Positions 37,283 to 45,837 of a DNA stretch of 64,000 bases are shown one piece after another. The stretch is from a virus: IMG/VR virus record IMGVR_UViG_3300022752_000024, positions 78,882 to 142,881 of that record. One strand, written 5' to 3'. Position 1 is the stretch's first letter. Each line of letters opens with the position of its first letter. The notes beneath the pieces were generated by a model. That model had not been told where the DNA came from, did no database searches, and saw only the letters and a program-made list of their open reading frames with translations. The translations under genes and the position numbers were made by a program.

Positions 37283-39391
37283 TTATGTAATCATTCCAAT
37301 AAACTTGTTAAGTACAACACGGTTAATAACTTTGTTTGTATTGTACTTGGTAAACGCTGTAACAAGACTGCGGGTCGTATTCGATTTTACTTGAAAGTCA
37401 CCATCATCGTCAACATCAGTTTCGGCACGAATAATATAATACTCGTCATAACCAGATGAAGTACATGTTACGCTTTTCTCTTTCATGAATTTATCACGAA
37501 TGTCATCTAGGTTTGCAGTCTTAGGAAACAGTCGGCGACTTTCTTGTTTAAATTCACGGCTATTCACAAGATAGAAACCAATAACATTTGTATTAGTAAC
37601 TTGTTTTAAAATGCTTAAAGCAGCAGCAGTATATGATTCATTGCCAGGTTCTTTTACTTTTTCAATAATACCACTAGACTTGTGACGCATGACTGCCGAT
37701 CGTTTAGCGGTAGTGGTAAAACTGTAATCATCTCCACCTTGTCTTGAATACAACAAATGACCTTCACCATCAGTAAGAAAAACAGTATTCACAACTTGTA
37801 GTTTATTCTCTTTTTGAAACTTAGGAACAATCTTTATTGCAGAAAATATTGTTTCGTTGAGAGGTGTGTACTGCATCTTCATCCAGTCTGGGAAGCCACG
37901 CATTCTACTATGAGTAACAAGTTGAGAACCATGCAATAACACGGAAGCCATAAAAGAAAGTTCGTTTGCTGTCATCTTATTTGAAAGGATATTCATCAAA
38001 TGAAAACGTTTCATAATAATTTCATTCTGTTTGTATGTTACAGGTTCTTTGCCTCGTTCTGGATGATCGCCTTGATAATAAAAGTGATTGCTAAAAGCAT
38101 ATACCTCAAAAGGAATATTTACTTTTTTGCAGAACAATACAAGATTCAATAGCTGTTTAATTGTTGCATTCAAATGAGGAACCATCGATCCAGACCAATC
38201 AAGGAACATAACAAGTCCATGTGATTTGCCACCAGGTACAACAGTCAGTCGTTTAAAAATATCATCATTAAATTTGTATGAATAAATTTTACTCATATTC
38301 AAATCGCCAGTCTTTGCAATACTAGCACGTTTCATTTGATCTGCATTTTTACGCAGTTCAAATTCTTTTACTAGGTAAGAAACTACCTTTGAAGATTTTT
38401 TCTTAAATACGTTGAATTCTTCATTTGTAGTTATAGTGTTGAAGTATTGTTCGTTTTTATATCGGCTGATGATATGCTTATATGGAACAATAACACGATT
38501 GAGATCAATATCTTCTGGAATGTCACCATATTCGTAATCCGTAGGATCAGCACTTACAAGTTCTTTTTCACGTTTTCGAAATGCATCATCGGTGTAAGAT
38601 TCAATTTCATCATCTGTATTATTGAATTCATCACCATCAGAATTTTTTCCTTCAGCAGAATCTTCATCTTCTGATTGGTCGTCAGGAGATTCTGGTGTAT
38701 CAGATAATGAATCGTTTTCTTCATCAACTTCATCACCGTCATCAAAATCTTCGGAAGAATAATCAGTATCATCACTCCACTCATCAGTTGGTTCGGCAGG
38801 TTCATCTCCATTCTTCTGTTTGCGTTTTTCTTTTTCTTGGCGATAAAGTGCCATGATTTTCTTAGACACTTCAATAACATCATCAAAAGTTTCTAACTTT
38901 TCCATTTCTTCGACAAGAAAAAGTTCTTCATTATCGAATTTGATACCTAGAGATGCACCAATTTTGAAATGTAAATTCAGTCGATCTAGAATATTCATTC
39001 CATTCAAGTCAACACCGTTAGTAGCAAAAAAATCACGGGAAAGAAGTTCTCTGTAGGCTTTTGAGAATGGCGCACGGAGACCAGGATATTTTCGTTTGAT
39101 TAGTTTTTCAATTCTAGCATCTTCGACAACATTAAGAATTGCTTTAGGAATCTTCAAATCAACAACAGAATCATGCCAACCATGTTCTGGTGTATTCAAT
39201 GCATGACTAATTTCGTGACCAACGAACAGATCGTACAATTCAGGAGTAAGACCATCTTTAAGAATAGGAACTACGAGCTTTCTTTCTTTAAGATTAAAAT
39301 ATGCGGTAGGAACCTTTTTGTATTCAACAGTCAGATTTTCTGTTGCCATAAGTTTGGCAAGCTGCGATTTGGATTCTTGTGTGATTTGCAT
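37283..39391 (-). CDS. Metallopeptidase-VWA protein (CobT-like partner of the MoxR/CobS ATPase)
   Basis: LAKLMATENL, HEISHAL (HExxH), NVVEDARIE, acidic linker, FLDWSGSM MIDAS, TPLNE, FLTDGEG. Confidence 0.88.
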   Translation of the reverse strand: MQITQESKSQLAKLMATENLTVEYKKVPTAYFNLKERKLVVPILKDGLTPELYDLFVGHEISHALNTPEHGWHDSVVDLKIPKAILNVVEDARIEKLIKRKYPGLRAPFSKAYRELLSRDFFATNGVDLNGMNILDRLNLHFKIGASLGIKFDNEELFLVEEMEKLETFDDVIEVSKKIMALYRQEKEKRKQKNGDEPAEPTDEWSDDTDYSSEDFDDGDEVDEENDSLSDTPESPDDQSEDEDSAEGKNSDGDEFNNTDDEIESYTDDAFRKREKELVSADPTDYEYGDIPEDIDLNRVIVPYKHIISRYKNEQYFNTITTNEEFNVFKKKSSKVVSYLVKEFELRKNADQMKRASIAKTGDLNMSKIYSYKFNDDIFKRLTVVPGGKSHGLVMFLDWSGSMVPHLNATIKQLLNLVLFCKKVNIPFEVYAFSNHFYYQGDHPERGKEPVTYKQNEIIMKRFHLMNILSNKMTANELSFMASVLLHGSQLVTHSRMRGFPDWMKMQYTPLNETIFSAIKIVPKFQKENKLQVVNTVFLTDGEGHLLYSRQGGDDYSFTTTAKRSAVMRHKSSGIIEKVKEPGNESYTAAALSILKQVTNTNVIGFYLVNSREFKQESRRLFPKTANLDDIRDKFMKEKSVTCTSSGYDEYYIIRAETDVDDDGDFQVKSNTTRSLVTAFTKYNTNKVINRVVLNKFIGMIT

Positions 39392-39419
39392 TTTAATGTC
39401 TCTCTAGTGAAGATGATAC

Positions 39420-39448
39420 ATTATCTCATGGATCCAACAATTTGTCAA
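39420..39448 (-). promoter_or_regulatory. Sigma70-type promoter with upstream palindrome (39462-39479)
   Basis: TTGACA-17-GATAAT. Confidence 0.7.
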
Positions 39449-39469
39449 CAGAAAACCTGAGTGTTGCAT

Positions 39470-39643
39470 TTATACAACAGGTGATATCACAATGACATTA
39501 CCGGCTGGATCCACTTTCAGATCCAAGTTTAGTTCTGTACCTTCTTCCCAACCAAGTTCGTCAAGGAGTTCTGGTGGAAATGTCATAATGGCATCGCCAG
39601 ATCCATCTTCAGCATCTTCAACTACTAATTTATATTTTGTCAT
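39470..39643 (-). CDS. AbrB/MazE/SpoVT-like DNA-binding protein
   Basis: 57 aa, not in ORF track: MTKYKLVVEDAEDGSGDAIMTFPPELLDELGWEEGTELNLDLKVDPAGNVIVISPVV. Confidence 0.75.
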   Translation of the reverse strand: MTKYKLVVEDAEDGSGDAIMTFPPELLDELGWEEGTELNLDLKVDPAGNVIVISPVV

Positions 39644-39810
39644 AATTAAAAATAAGAAAATTGTTTACGGAGTTGTTCGTATTCTTCTAAATCTTTTTGC
39701 CATCTTGTTTTAATTGCCCAGCCTTTTACGATTTCATCCAGTTTTTTCCAAGGATCATCAACACCAACTACTTCACCGTTGTAAATTTTTTCGTTTTCCA
39801 TAATATCCTA

Positions 39811-40026
39811 TTAATGATAATAATCACTCTGATCGATAACAAAAGACTTGTTTTGTTTCTTTAAATTTCCTAGAGACTTTGCCATCACAACAAATTCATC
39901 TATTTCTTCCTCTGTCATTTCTTCTAGCATTTCTCCCATTTCTTCAATTAAGCAAATTTCTTCCTCACTAAAAAAATCAAGTTCATTCGAATTTGAGTCC
40001 GACATACAAATTACTCCTTTCATCAT
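39811..40026 (-). CDS. Acidic hypothetical protein
   Basis: Glu-rich; likely start at MSDSN after AAGGAG. Confidence 0.55.
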   Translation of the reverse strand: MMKGVICMSDSNSNELDFFSEEEICLIEEMGEMLEEMTEEEIDEFVVMAKSLGNLKKQNKSFVIDQSDYYH

Positions 40027-40681
40027 AAGCTGTTGATAAACGATTTACTGCGAGATCATAAACATCAGTAACAATCTCTGCTCCAGCCCAATTTCTATGT
40101 GCGTGGATACAGGCTTCTGCGGTACTACCTGATCCCATGAATGGATCAAATATCATTTCTCCTGGATTTGTATAAACATCAATAAATTGACTAAGGAGTC
40201 CAGTTGGAAAGTTATCAACATATGCTTTATATGCTTTAACTTCTGTTTCTATCACATCCGGAATGGACATATCACTAAAACCAGGCCTGGAGAACTGTTT
40301 TCCGGGCTTCTTAAAGGTTAAAATGAAGGAGTAGTTAAAACGATACAGATTAGCTAGTTTTGAGCGTACCCATATTTTTTGACTTTTGTGGATCCAATGC
40401 AATTCTTCCATCGTATCTATGATGAAATTGTGTTTTTTTATCACTTTTCCGCCAGATTTACGGTCACGGAGGATAATTGTGACTACATTATTGATTGGAT
40501 TCAGTTTGGAGAAGGTATCATACATCAATCTTTCCCATTTTGCTCTAGATTCATCAGGATTTTCCCCAATCTCGTCAAAATCAGGAGGTGATGTAATGAC
40601 ATAATGATACTGGAGACCTCGATCCAGAGTATCTAAGCAGTCTTCATTGTATAGAACACAATTATCCGTGGGCATATACAT
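39983..40681 (-). CDS. DNA amino-methyltransferase (N4C/N6A, beta class)
   Basis: YNEDCL, ITSPPD (motif IV variant), IFDPFMGSGST (motif I). Confidence 0.8.
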   Translation of the reverse strand: MYMPTDNCVLYNEDCLDTLDRGLQYHYVITSPPDFDEIGENPDESRAKWERLMYDTFSKLNPINNVVTIILRDRKSGGKVIKKHNFIIDTMEELHWIHKSQKIWVRSKLANLYRFNYSFILTFKKPGKQFSRPGFSDMSIPDVIETEVKAYKAYVDNFPTGLLSQFIDVYTNPGEMIFDPFMGSGSTAEACIHAHRNWAGAEIVTDVYDLAVNRLSTAYDERSNLYVGLKFE

Positions 40682-40797
40682 TGATTTTCTCCTTATGTTT
40701 TACTTTACGGGTATATTGCACATCAATTTTATGTTTTTGTGGTGCTGGAATAGGTGTCCGACAGACAGGTTTAGGTATTTTAACAATTATCTTCATT

Positions 40798-41154
40798 TTA
40801 TCGTCTCATCTTAGCTATATCTTTTGCCTCATCACTATTGAATATAGGAACAGCATTGGATTTATGCAAAGTACCAATACCTATCATTTTTGTTCCTGTA
40901 TATTTTTTCTGATTATCGATTGGCTTTGTAGCTGCTCCAGTGTCAGCAGAGTTTAAACTTGGTATGTGTCGAGTAGATCGTTCGGCAGGAACAACAAGCT
41001 TAGGCATTTTACTATTTGACTTAAAAATCTTCTTATTCTGTTTTTTAACACCAGACATAGAATTAATTTTTTTAAGCCATTCGTCATATTCTGCCTGTGC
41101 AGCTTTTGTTAGTTTTTTTGGCTTTGATTTTCGAATGTATCCGTAAACTATCAT
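40798..41154 (-). CDS. Conserved hypothetical T4-like protein
   Basis: IPSL..YTG..GIGTLHKSNAVPIF..AKMRR. Confidence 0.8.
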   Translation of the reverse strand: MIVYGYIRKSKPKKLTKAAQAEYDEWLKKINSMSGVKKQNKKIFKSNSKMPKLVVPAERSTRHIPSLNSADTGAATKPIDNQKKYTGTKMIGIGTLHKSNAVPIFNSDEAKDIAKMRR

Positions 41155-41180
41155 GATAGTCCCTCACTAAAAGAGACTTA

Positions 41181-41209
41181 ATTATAATACAAAATCAAGA
41201 GTTTGTCAA
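41181..41209 (-). promoter_or_regulatory. Consensus sigma70 promoter with upstream palindrome (41216-41233)
   Basis: TTGACA-17-TATAAT. Confidence 0.8.
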
Positions 41210-41438
41210 CTACTATGTTGCAAATATACAACAGTCTTCGATTTCAGTAGTAGCGATCTTCTTCATCATCATAGCGATTTTTGTATTCCCATTCTTTTAA
41301 TTTCTTCTTTATTTCAGAATGTTCTTTTACTTTTCTTTTCACATTGAGCTTTTGATTACTTCGATCATAATCATCAGCATAGTCATCATTTTTACGAAAT
41401 TTACCAGAAAACTTACTCATATGAAAATAGTACTCCTT

Positions 41439-41816
41439 TTATTTCAATGTTAAAAACTTAATACCTTTTATCTTACTCTCAGGTAGTGTTTCTTTGTCAC
41501 TATTTTTGGTTACAAAAAATATTTCCGAATTTGGATATACTATTTGAACTATTCTTAATAGCTGACATGCCGTACCATCAATATCATCATATGAAAATAC
41601 TTCATCAACACATTTTAATTCTGTAACTAACCTTCTACGGGATTCGTAATTTTTATTTAAACTTTTTTCGTATTTTTTTAAATAGTTGTCAGAATGGACT
41701 CCAACAATTAACCAATCGCCTTTTAATTTAGCTTTTTTAAAAAATGCAATATCTTCAGATTCTATAGGATCAAACTCACCAATCGTAACAATTATTTTGT
41801 CTCTTTTTATTTTCAT
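41439..41816 (-). CDS. Cytidylyltransferase-like protein (TagD/RfaE fold) with degenerate HIGH motif
   Basis: GEFDPIESED in place of GxFDxxHxGH; GDWLIVGVHSD, LKCVDEV. Confidence 0.7.
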   Translation of the reverse strand: MKIKRDKIIVTIGEFDPIESEDIAFFKKAKLKGDWLIVGVHSDNYLKKYEKSLNKNYESRRRLVTELKCVDEVFSYDDIDGTACQLLRIVQIVYPNSEIFFVTKNSDKETLPESKIKGIKFLTLK

Positions 41817-42235
41817 GGTAGCATGTTGGGAAAACACTCCTTAACAAATCCGTAAGTTAGTCCTTTTACTCCTAAGTCTTTTGACATAATTCCAATTACA
41901 ACTTCAGCTTCTCTAAATTCAAGAGACTCTAAAAATTGAAGGAGTAGTTCGTTTCTTTTTTCTTCAGTCAAAGCTTCTGCGGATGGATGACCATCTTGAA
42001 ACAAATACAATCTACGTAATTCGGTACTCAACTGTGCATATGATACGCCAGGAAGAGTGTCTGGAATCTTATAGTTGTCTGGTATTTCTTTTATCTTCCA
42101 TCTATAATTTGGACTAAAAGTATATTCTAGAACCTTGACTAAAGTAGGAGATAAATTCTTTTCTATTACTGCTTTTCTTTCTGCTTTTGTTTTTGCTTCT
42201 TCAAACTCATCAAATATTTCATAAATGTTTTTCAT
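41813..42235 (-). CDS. Conserved hypothetical T4-like protein
   Basis: IYEIF..L.TELRRLYLF..RNELLLQFLESL..EAEV..K.L..KGLT; follows rnh. Confidence 0.75.
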   Translation of the reverse strand: MKNIYEIFDEFEEAKTKAERKAVIEKNLSPTLVKVLEYTFSPNYRWKIKEIPDNYKIPDTLPGVSYAQLSTELRRLYLFQDGHPSAEALTEEKRNELLLQFLESLEFREAEVVIGIMSKDLGVKGLTYGFVKECFPNMLP

Positions 42236-43092
42236 TAAAATTCCTCAATAACATCCATCAGATTTTTTAATCGGTACTCAATAAAGTAATTTAATAATTT
42301 ACTTCTTGGTGCTGGTTTAGTTTCATCATATGTATTTATGATTTTTTCCTTTATATCACCTGGTATAAGAGATAAGTCGATCAGTAGTTGATTTCGTGTA
42401 AATCCAGTATTTGCAATAGATTCATAGTTGCTATAATGTTCAGCAAGAAACTTATCTAGTTTTCCTTTTGTGATAGGAGTCTGACGCTTCTCTAAAACAA
42501 AACAATCTGACGGAGAAAGTATGTTAGGAATACCATCACCTTTATCGCCTTTAATAATCTTCTCTTTTAAGTCCTGTATAGGATTTTGAGATACAACAAA
42601 TTTCTTCAAAGCAGGATTGTACTGCTTCACGTTAAATTTGCTTTTATTATTATATGCTTGAAGTTGTAGAAAGTCGCCATCGCTCGAAAGAATCAAAATA
42701 TTCTCATGCATAATGTGACGAGGTACGAGTGTACCAATAATGTCGTCGGCTTCGGCACCTTCAACATCAATTACTTTATATGGAAAATTTTCTTTGAGTT
42801 CTGTTTTGAGTTTGGCAAGAATATCAAAAATTAAATGCCAATCAAGATCAGATTTTTCACGGGCTTTTTTACGACCGGCTTTATAGAAAGGAAATATTGA
42901 TTTGCGCCAGTAGTTGCGGTTATCACAACACAGAACTACTTCGCCATATTCTTTAAATTTATTAGTATTGGTACGAATAACATTCAGCACCATGTGGCGA
43001 ACCAATCCTTCTTCTAGCTTAACATTTTTTTGTGATGCGAGTTGTGCCATAATGCCAGACAGCAGAACTTGGTTTAAGTCAATTAGTATCAT
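42235..43092 (-). CDS. rnh: T4-type RNase H (5'-3' exonuclease)
   Basis: MILIDLNQ, YWRK..FPFYKAGR, EADDIIG, SSDGDFLQL, KGDKGDGIPN. Confidence 0.95.
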   Translation of the reverse strand: MILIDLNQVLLSGIMAQLASQKNVKLEEGLVRHMVLNVIRTNTNKFKEYGEVVLCCDNRNYWRKSIFPFYKAGRKKAREKSDLDWHLIFDILAKLKTELKENFPYKVIDVEGAEADDIIGTLVPRHIMHENILILSSDGDFLQLQAYNNKSKFNVKQYNPALKKFVVSQNPIQDLKEKIIKGDKGDGIPNILSPSDCFVLEKRQTPITKGKLDKFLAEHYSNYESIANTGFTRNQLLIDLSLIPGDIKEKIINTYDETKPAPRSKLLNYFIEYRLKNLMDVIEEF

Positions 43093-43122
43093 GATAATAT
43101 CTCAAAGTTATGAGACTATAGT

Positions 43123-43467
43123 TTACTCTATATCTTTCAATTTGTCAAATGTATTTTGAATAAATTCGGTTGATGTTGTTGTTTTTTTAGCAACTACTCC
43201 ATAAAAATCACATGTTATCAATCTAGAAATATATTCCAAAGGTTCTACTAGAATAGCTTCAAACAAATCAGGTTCTATAGGGGCTCCATCTTCGTCTTGT
43301 TTAAACAACATAATATGATACATATCACCCATTTCACTACCTTCTATAGTTTCTCCTGGTATTTTATATTTTGCACCTTCAATATTTACTGTATCTTCTT
43401 CGGAACCTGGTACAAAAAAGAAAGCATCGAAATTTTCATTCTTCGCTTCTTTGAGAGACTCTAACAT
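43123..43467 (-). CDS. Hypothetical protein
   Basis: Co-oriented acidic ORF; AAGGA RBS. Confidence 0.65.
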   Translation of the reverse strand: MLESLKEAKNENFDAFFFVPGSEEDTVNIEGAKYKIPGETIEGSEMGDMYHIMLFKQDEDGAPIEPDLFEAILVEPLEYISRLITCDFYGVVAKKTTTSTEFIQNTFDKLKDIE

Positions 43468-43873
43468 TATAATCCTTAATATGTGATTTTCTAACTCTTA
43501 CCATTATCCATGTATTGTAATAGTCATCACATTCTATCACTCCACGGACAAATTGCTCTTTAGCTTCTAGATAACCACATTCACCTTTTGATTTGCAAAG
43601 ATGCAATATCTCACGAGAAAAGTTATCCTCTCCGTGTAGTATAACATCATTTACTAATTCTGTGTTAGATCCGTAGTAAGTTTGCCAATTACTAGAAACT
43701 TTCACTTTTTTCTTTTTACCTTTGACTTGTTTGGTTCTAGAAGAATAAAAAAATTTCTTGCCTATGTATTTTTTTCCATTCGTCAGATTGGTAATCTGGT
43801 AAACAAAACCATAATTATCACCAATCAAGTCTTCTGTAAAATCTGTATTATTGTATGTCCAGTTTAATCCCAT
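43436..43873 (-). CDS. GIY-YIG nuclease-family protein
   Basis: GFVYQITNLTNGKKYIGKK..YYGS..F.REIL..YYN. Confidence 0.85.
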   Translation of the reverse strand: MGLNWTYNNTDFTEDLIGDNYGFVYQITNLTNGKKYIGKKFFYSSRTKQVKGKKKKVKVSSNWQTYYGSNTELVNDVILHGEDNFSREILHLCKSKGECGYLEAKEQFVRGVIECDDYYNTWIMVRVRKSHIKDYNVRVSQRSEE

Positions 43874-44049
43874 TCATCGCCATCTTCAGAGTCGTCATCA
43901 TCTATATATTCCTCTTGAATTTCATCGATGACTTCTCCGCAGAATGGACAATGTTCTGGATACTCCTGAGAAACAAATTCATCCACGTATGCAACTTGGT
44001 AACTAGATTCGCAGCTAGAACATTCTGCTGTTATTGTTTTATCGTTCAT
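43864..44049 (-). CDS. Small zinc-ribbon protein
   Basis: CSSC...CPFCG with acidic tail. Confidence 0.75.
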   Translation of the reverse strand: MNDKTITAECSSCESSYQVAYVDEFVSQEYPEHCPFCGEVIDEIQEEYIDDDDSEDGDEWD

Positions 44050-44059
44050 TTATTTTCCT

Positions 44060-45049
44060 TTAGTGTGCCCAGACATCACCCCAATCTCCAGATAAAGCAC
44101 CTTTTGCATAATCAGTTGCTCTATTCTCAAAGAAATTAGTATGTGTTGGTGCATTAATCATTTCTTCAACCCATGGTAGTGGATTACGTTTTACTTTATT
44201 GATACCTTTAAGACCAAGGCTAATGAGCCTACGATCAGCAATATAGCGGATATACTGTTTAACGTCAGCAGAATCAAGTCCTTCCATTTGTCCCATGCTA
44301 AACGCAAGGTCAATAAATTTATCTTCAAGTTCTACCATTCTTTCTGCAATAGTATAAATTTTTGATTTTAATTCATCATTCCAAATTTCTTTATTTTCTT
44401 CTATATATGTCCTGAATAATTTAATCATAGATTCAGCATGTTGAGTTTCATCTACAATCGACCAAGTAACGATCTGTCCCATACCTTTCATTTTACCTTG
44501 GCGTGGAAAATTAAGTAACATGATAAAAGAACTGAATAGTTGCATTCCTTCGGTGAAAGCAGAGAATACTGCAATGTGAGTAGCAGTAGAAGTCTTATCT
44601 TCATCCTGTGTGCTAATATCAAGAACATAGTTATGCTTTTCTCGCATAGCCTCATATTCTAAAAATTCATTGTACGTAGTTTCGGGTAAACCTAAAGTTT
44701 CAATGAGATGTGAATATGCTGCAATGTGTAATGCTTCTCTTGCAGCAAAACCCATCAACATCATTCTAATTTCAGGTTGAGGAAAATACGGTAGATAATT
44801 CTTTACGTATCCACCAGCAACATCAATATCTCCTTGTGTGAAGAAACGAAAGATGTGTGTTAAAAAATTCTTTTCGGAATCAGTAAGTTTTTTCTTCCAA
44901 TCTTTAACGTCTTCGAGCATTGGAACTTCAGTATGAAGCCAATGTGATTGTTCATGTTTTAGCCACGAATCATATGCCCATGGATAGTTGAATGGTTTAA
45001 AATATTCTCTTCCTTCATTTAACTTCTGTTGCGGTATTTTTTTTATCAT
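44060..45049 (-). CDS. nrdB: Ribonucleotide reductase class Ia beta subunit
   Basis: FKPFNYPWA, FFTQGD, EALH, FTEGMQLFSSF, DETQH, NFFE. Confidence 0.97.
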   Translation of the reverse strand: MIKKIPQQKLNEGREYFKPFNYPWAYDSWLKHEQSHWLHTEVPMLEDVKDWKKKLTDSEKNFLTHIFRFFTQGDIDVAGGYVKNYLPYFPQPEIRMMLMGFAAREALHIAAYSHLIETLGLPETTYNEFLEYEAMREKHNYVLDISTQDEDKTSTATHIAVFSAFTEGMQLFSSFIMLLNFPRQGKMKGMGQIVTWSIVDETQHAESMIKLFRTYIEENKEIWNDELKSKIYTIAERMVELEDKFIDLAFSMGQMEGLDSADVKQYIRYIADRRLISLGLKGINKVKRNPLPWVEEMINAPTHTNFFENRATDYAKGALSGDWGDVWAH

Positions 45050-45180
45050 TCTCGTCTTCTTTCGTTTGTTGTTTTTTTCTTTCGATTGGCGGTGGAAAAT
45101 ATGGTTCTATTACATAATGATTAGCACCCCACCATCCGAATGCACTAAAAAATCCATACAATAATAACTCCAATACCATT

Positions 45181-45837
45181 TTATTTCTCCATCAATCTAT
45201 CAACGAATTCAAGCAATAATCTATGATGCCTTCCGTCATGATATTTACCTTTCATCCAACTATATGATTCGAACCAATGAGGTTCACTTTCTAAATGGCA
45301 GGCAATTAATCCTATATTGTTTTGTATGATAGCCATTGGGTCACCATTCGCATATCTTGCTACTGTTTCAAAGTGTTCTTCACTTCCTGCAACTGCAAAT
45401 CCATCATAAAAGTAGATTCTTTCCTGTTGATTGTTCCACTCAACTTCCATGTGTTTTGCGTGAGGTCGTCTTGTGTCTGTGTTTGGTCGTTTGATGTACT
45501 GGGTAATGGTAACATCATCAGATAGAATCCCAAGATAATAGTCAGAGGCCCAATAACCGCCCATACAGATTCCGAGATACTTACCACCGTCTTGTACAAA
45601 TCTACGTATTCTATCGCCATTATGGGCAAAACACATATCAAACTTACTAGCATCACCAATGCCACCTGGGATGCATACCATATCAACGTTATCAAAAAAA
45701 TCTTCTTCGAGTTCATGTTTTGTAAAAATTTTAAATCTATAATTTGGAGTTAGAGCATTGAGTATACCATTTCCAGATTGCACGGAGCAATAAGGTTGGT
45801 GCATAAACATTGCAATCGTTTTCATATCACCCTTCAC
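45181..45837 (-). CDS. Class I glutamine amidotransferase-like (BPL-N type) protein
   Basis: IPGG, FVQDGGKYLGICMGGY nucleophile elbow, CHLE. Confidence 0.8.
   Translation of the reverse strand: MKGDMKTIAMFMHQPYCSVQSGNGILNALTPNYRFKIFTKHELEEDFFDNVDMVCIPGGIGDASKFDMCFAHNGDRIRRFVQDGGKYLGICMGGYWASDYYLGILSDDVTITQYIKRPNTDTRRPHAKHMEVEWNNQQERIYFYDGFAVAGSEEHFETVARYANGDPMAIIQNNIGLIACHLESEPHWFESYSWMKGKYHDGRHHRLLLEFVDRLMEK

Noticed and set aside
43436-43873. GIY-YIG gene as a mobile homing endonuclease
   Set aside because: Single short catalytic domain with no DNA-binding tail, coupled within the operon; more likely a conserved phage nuclease
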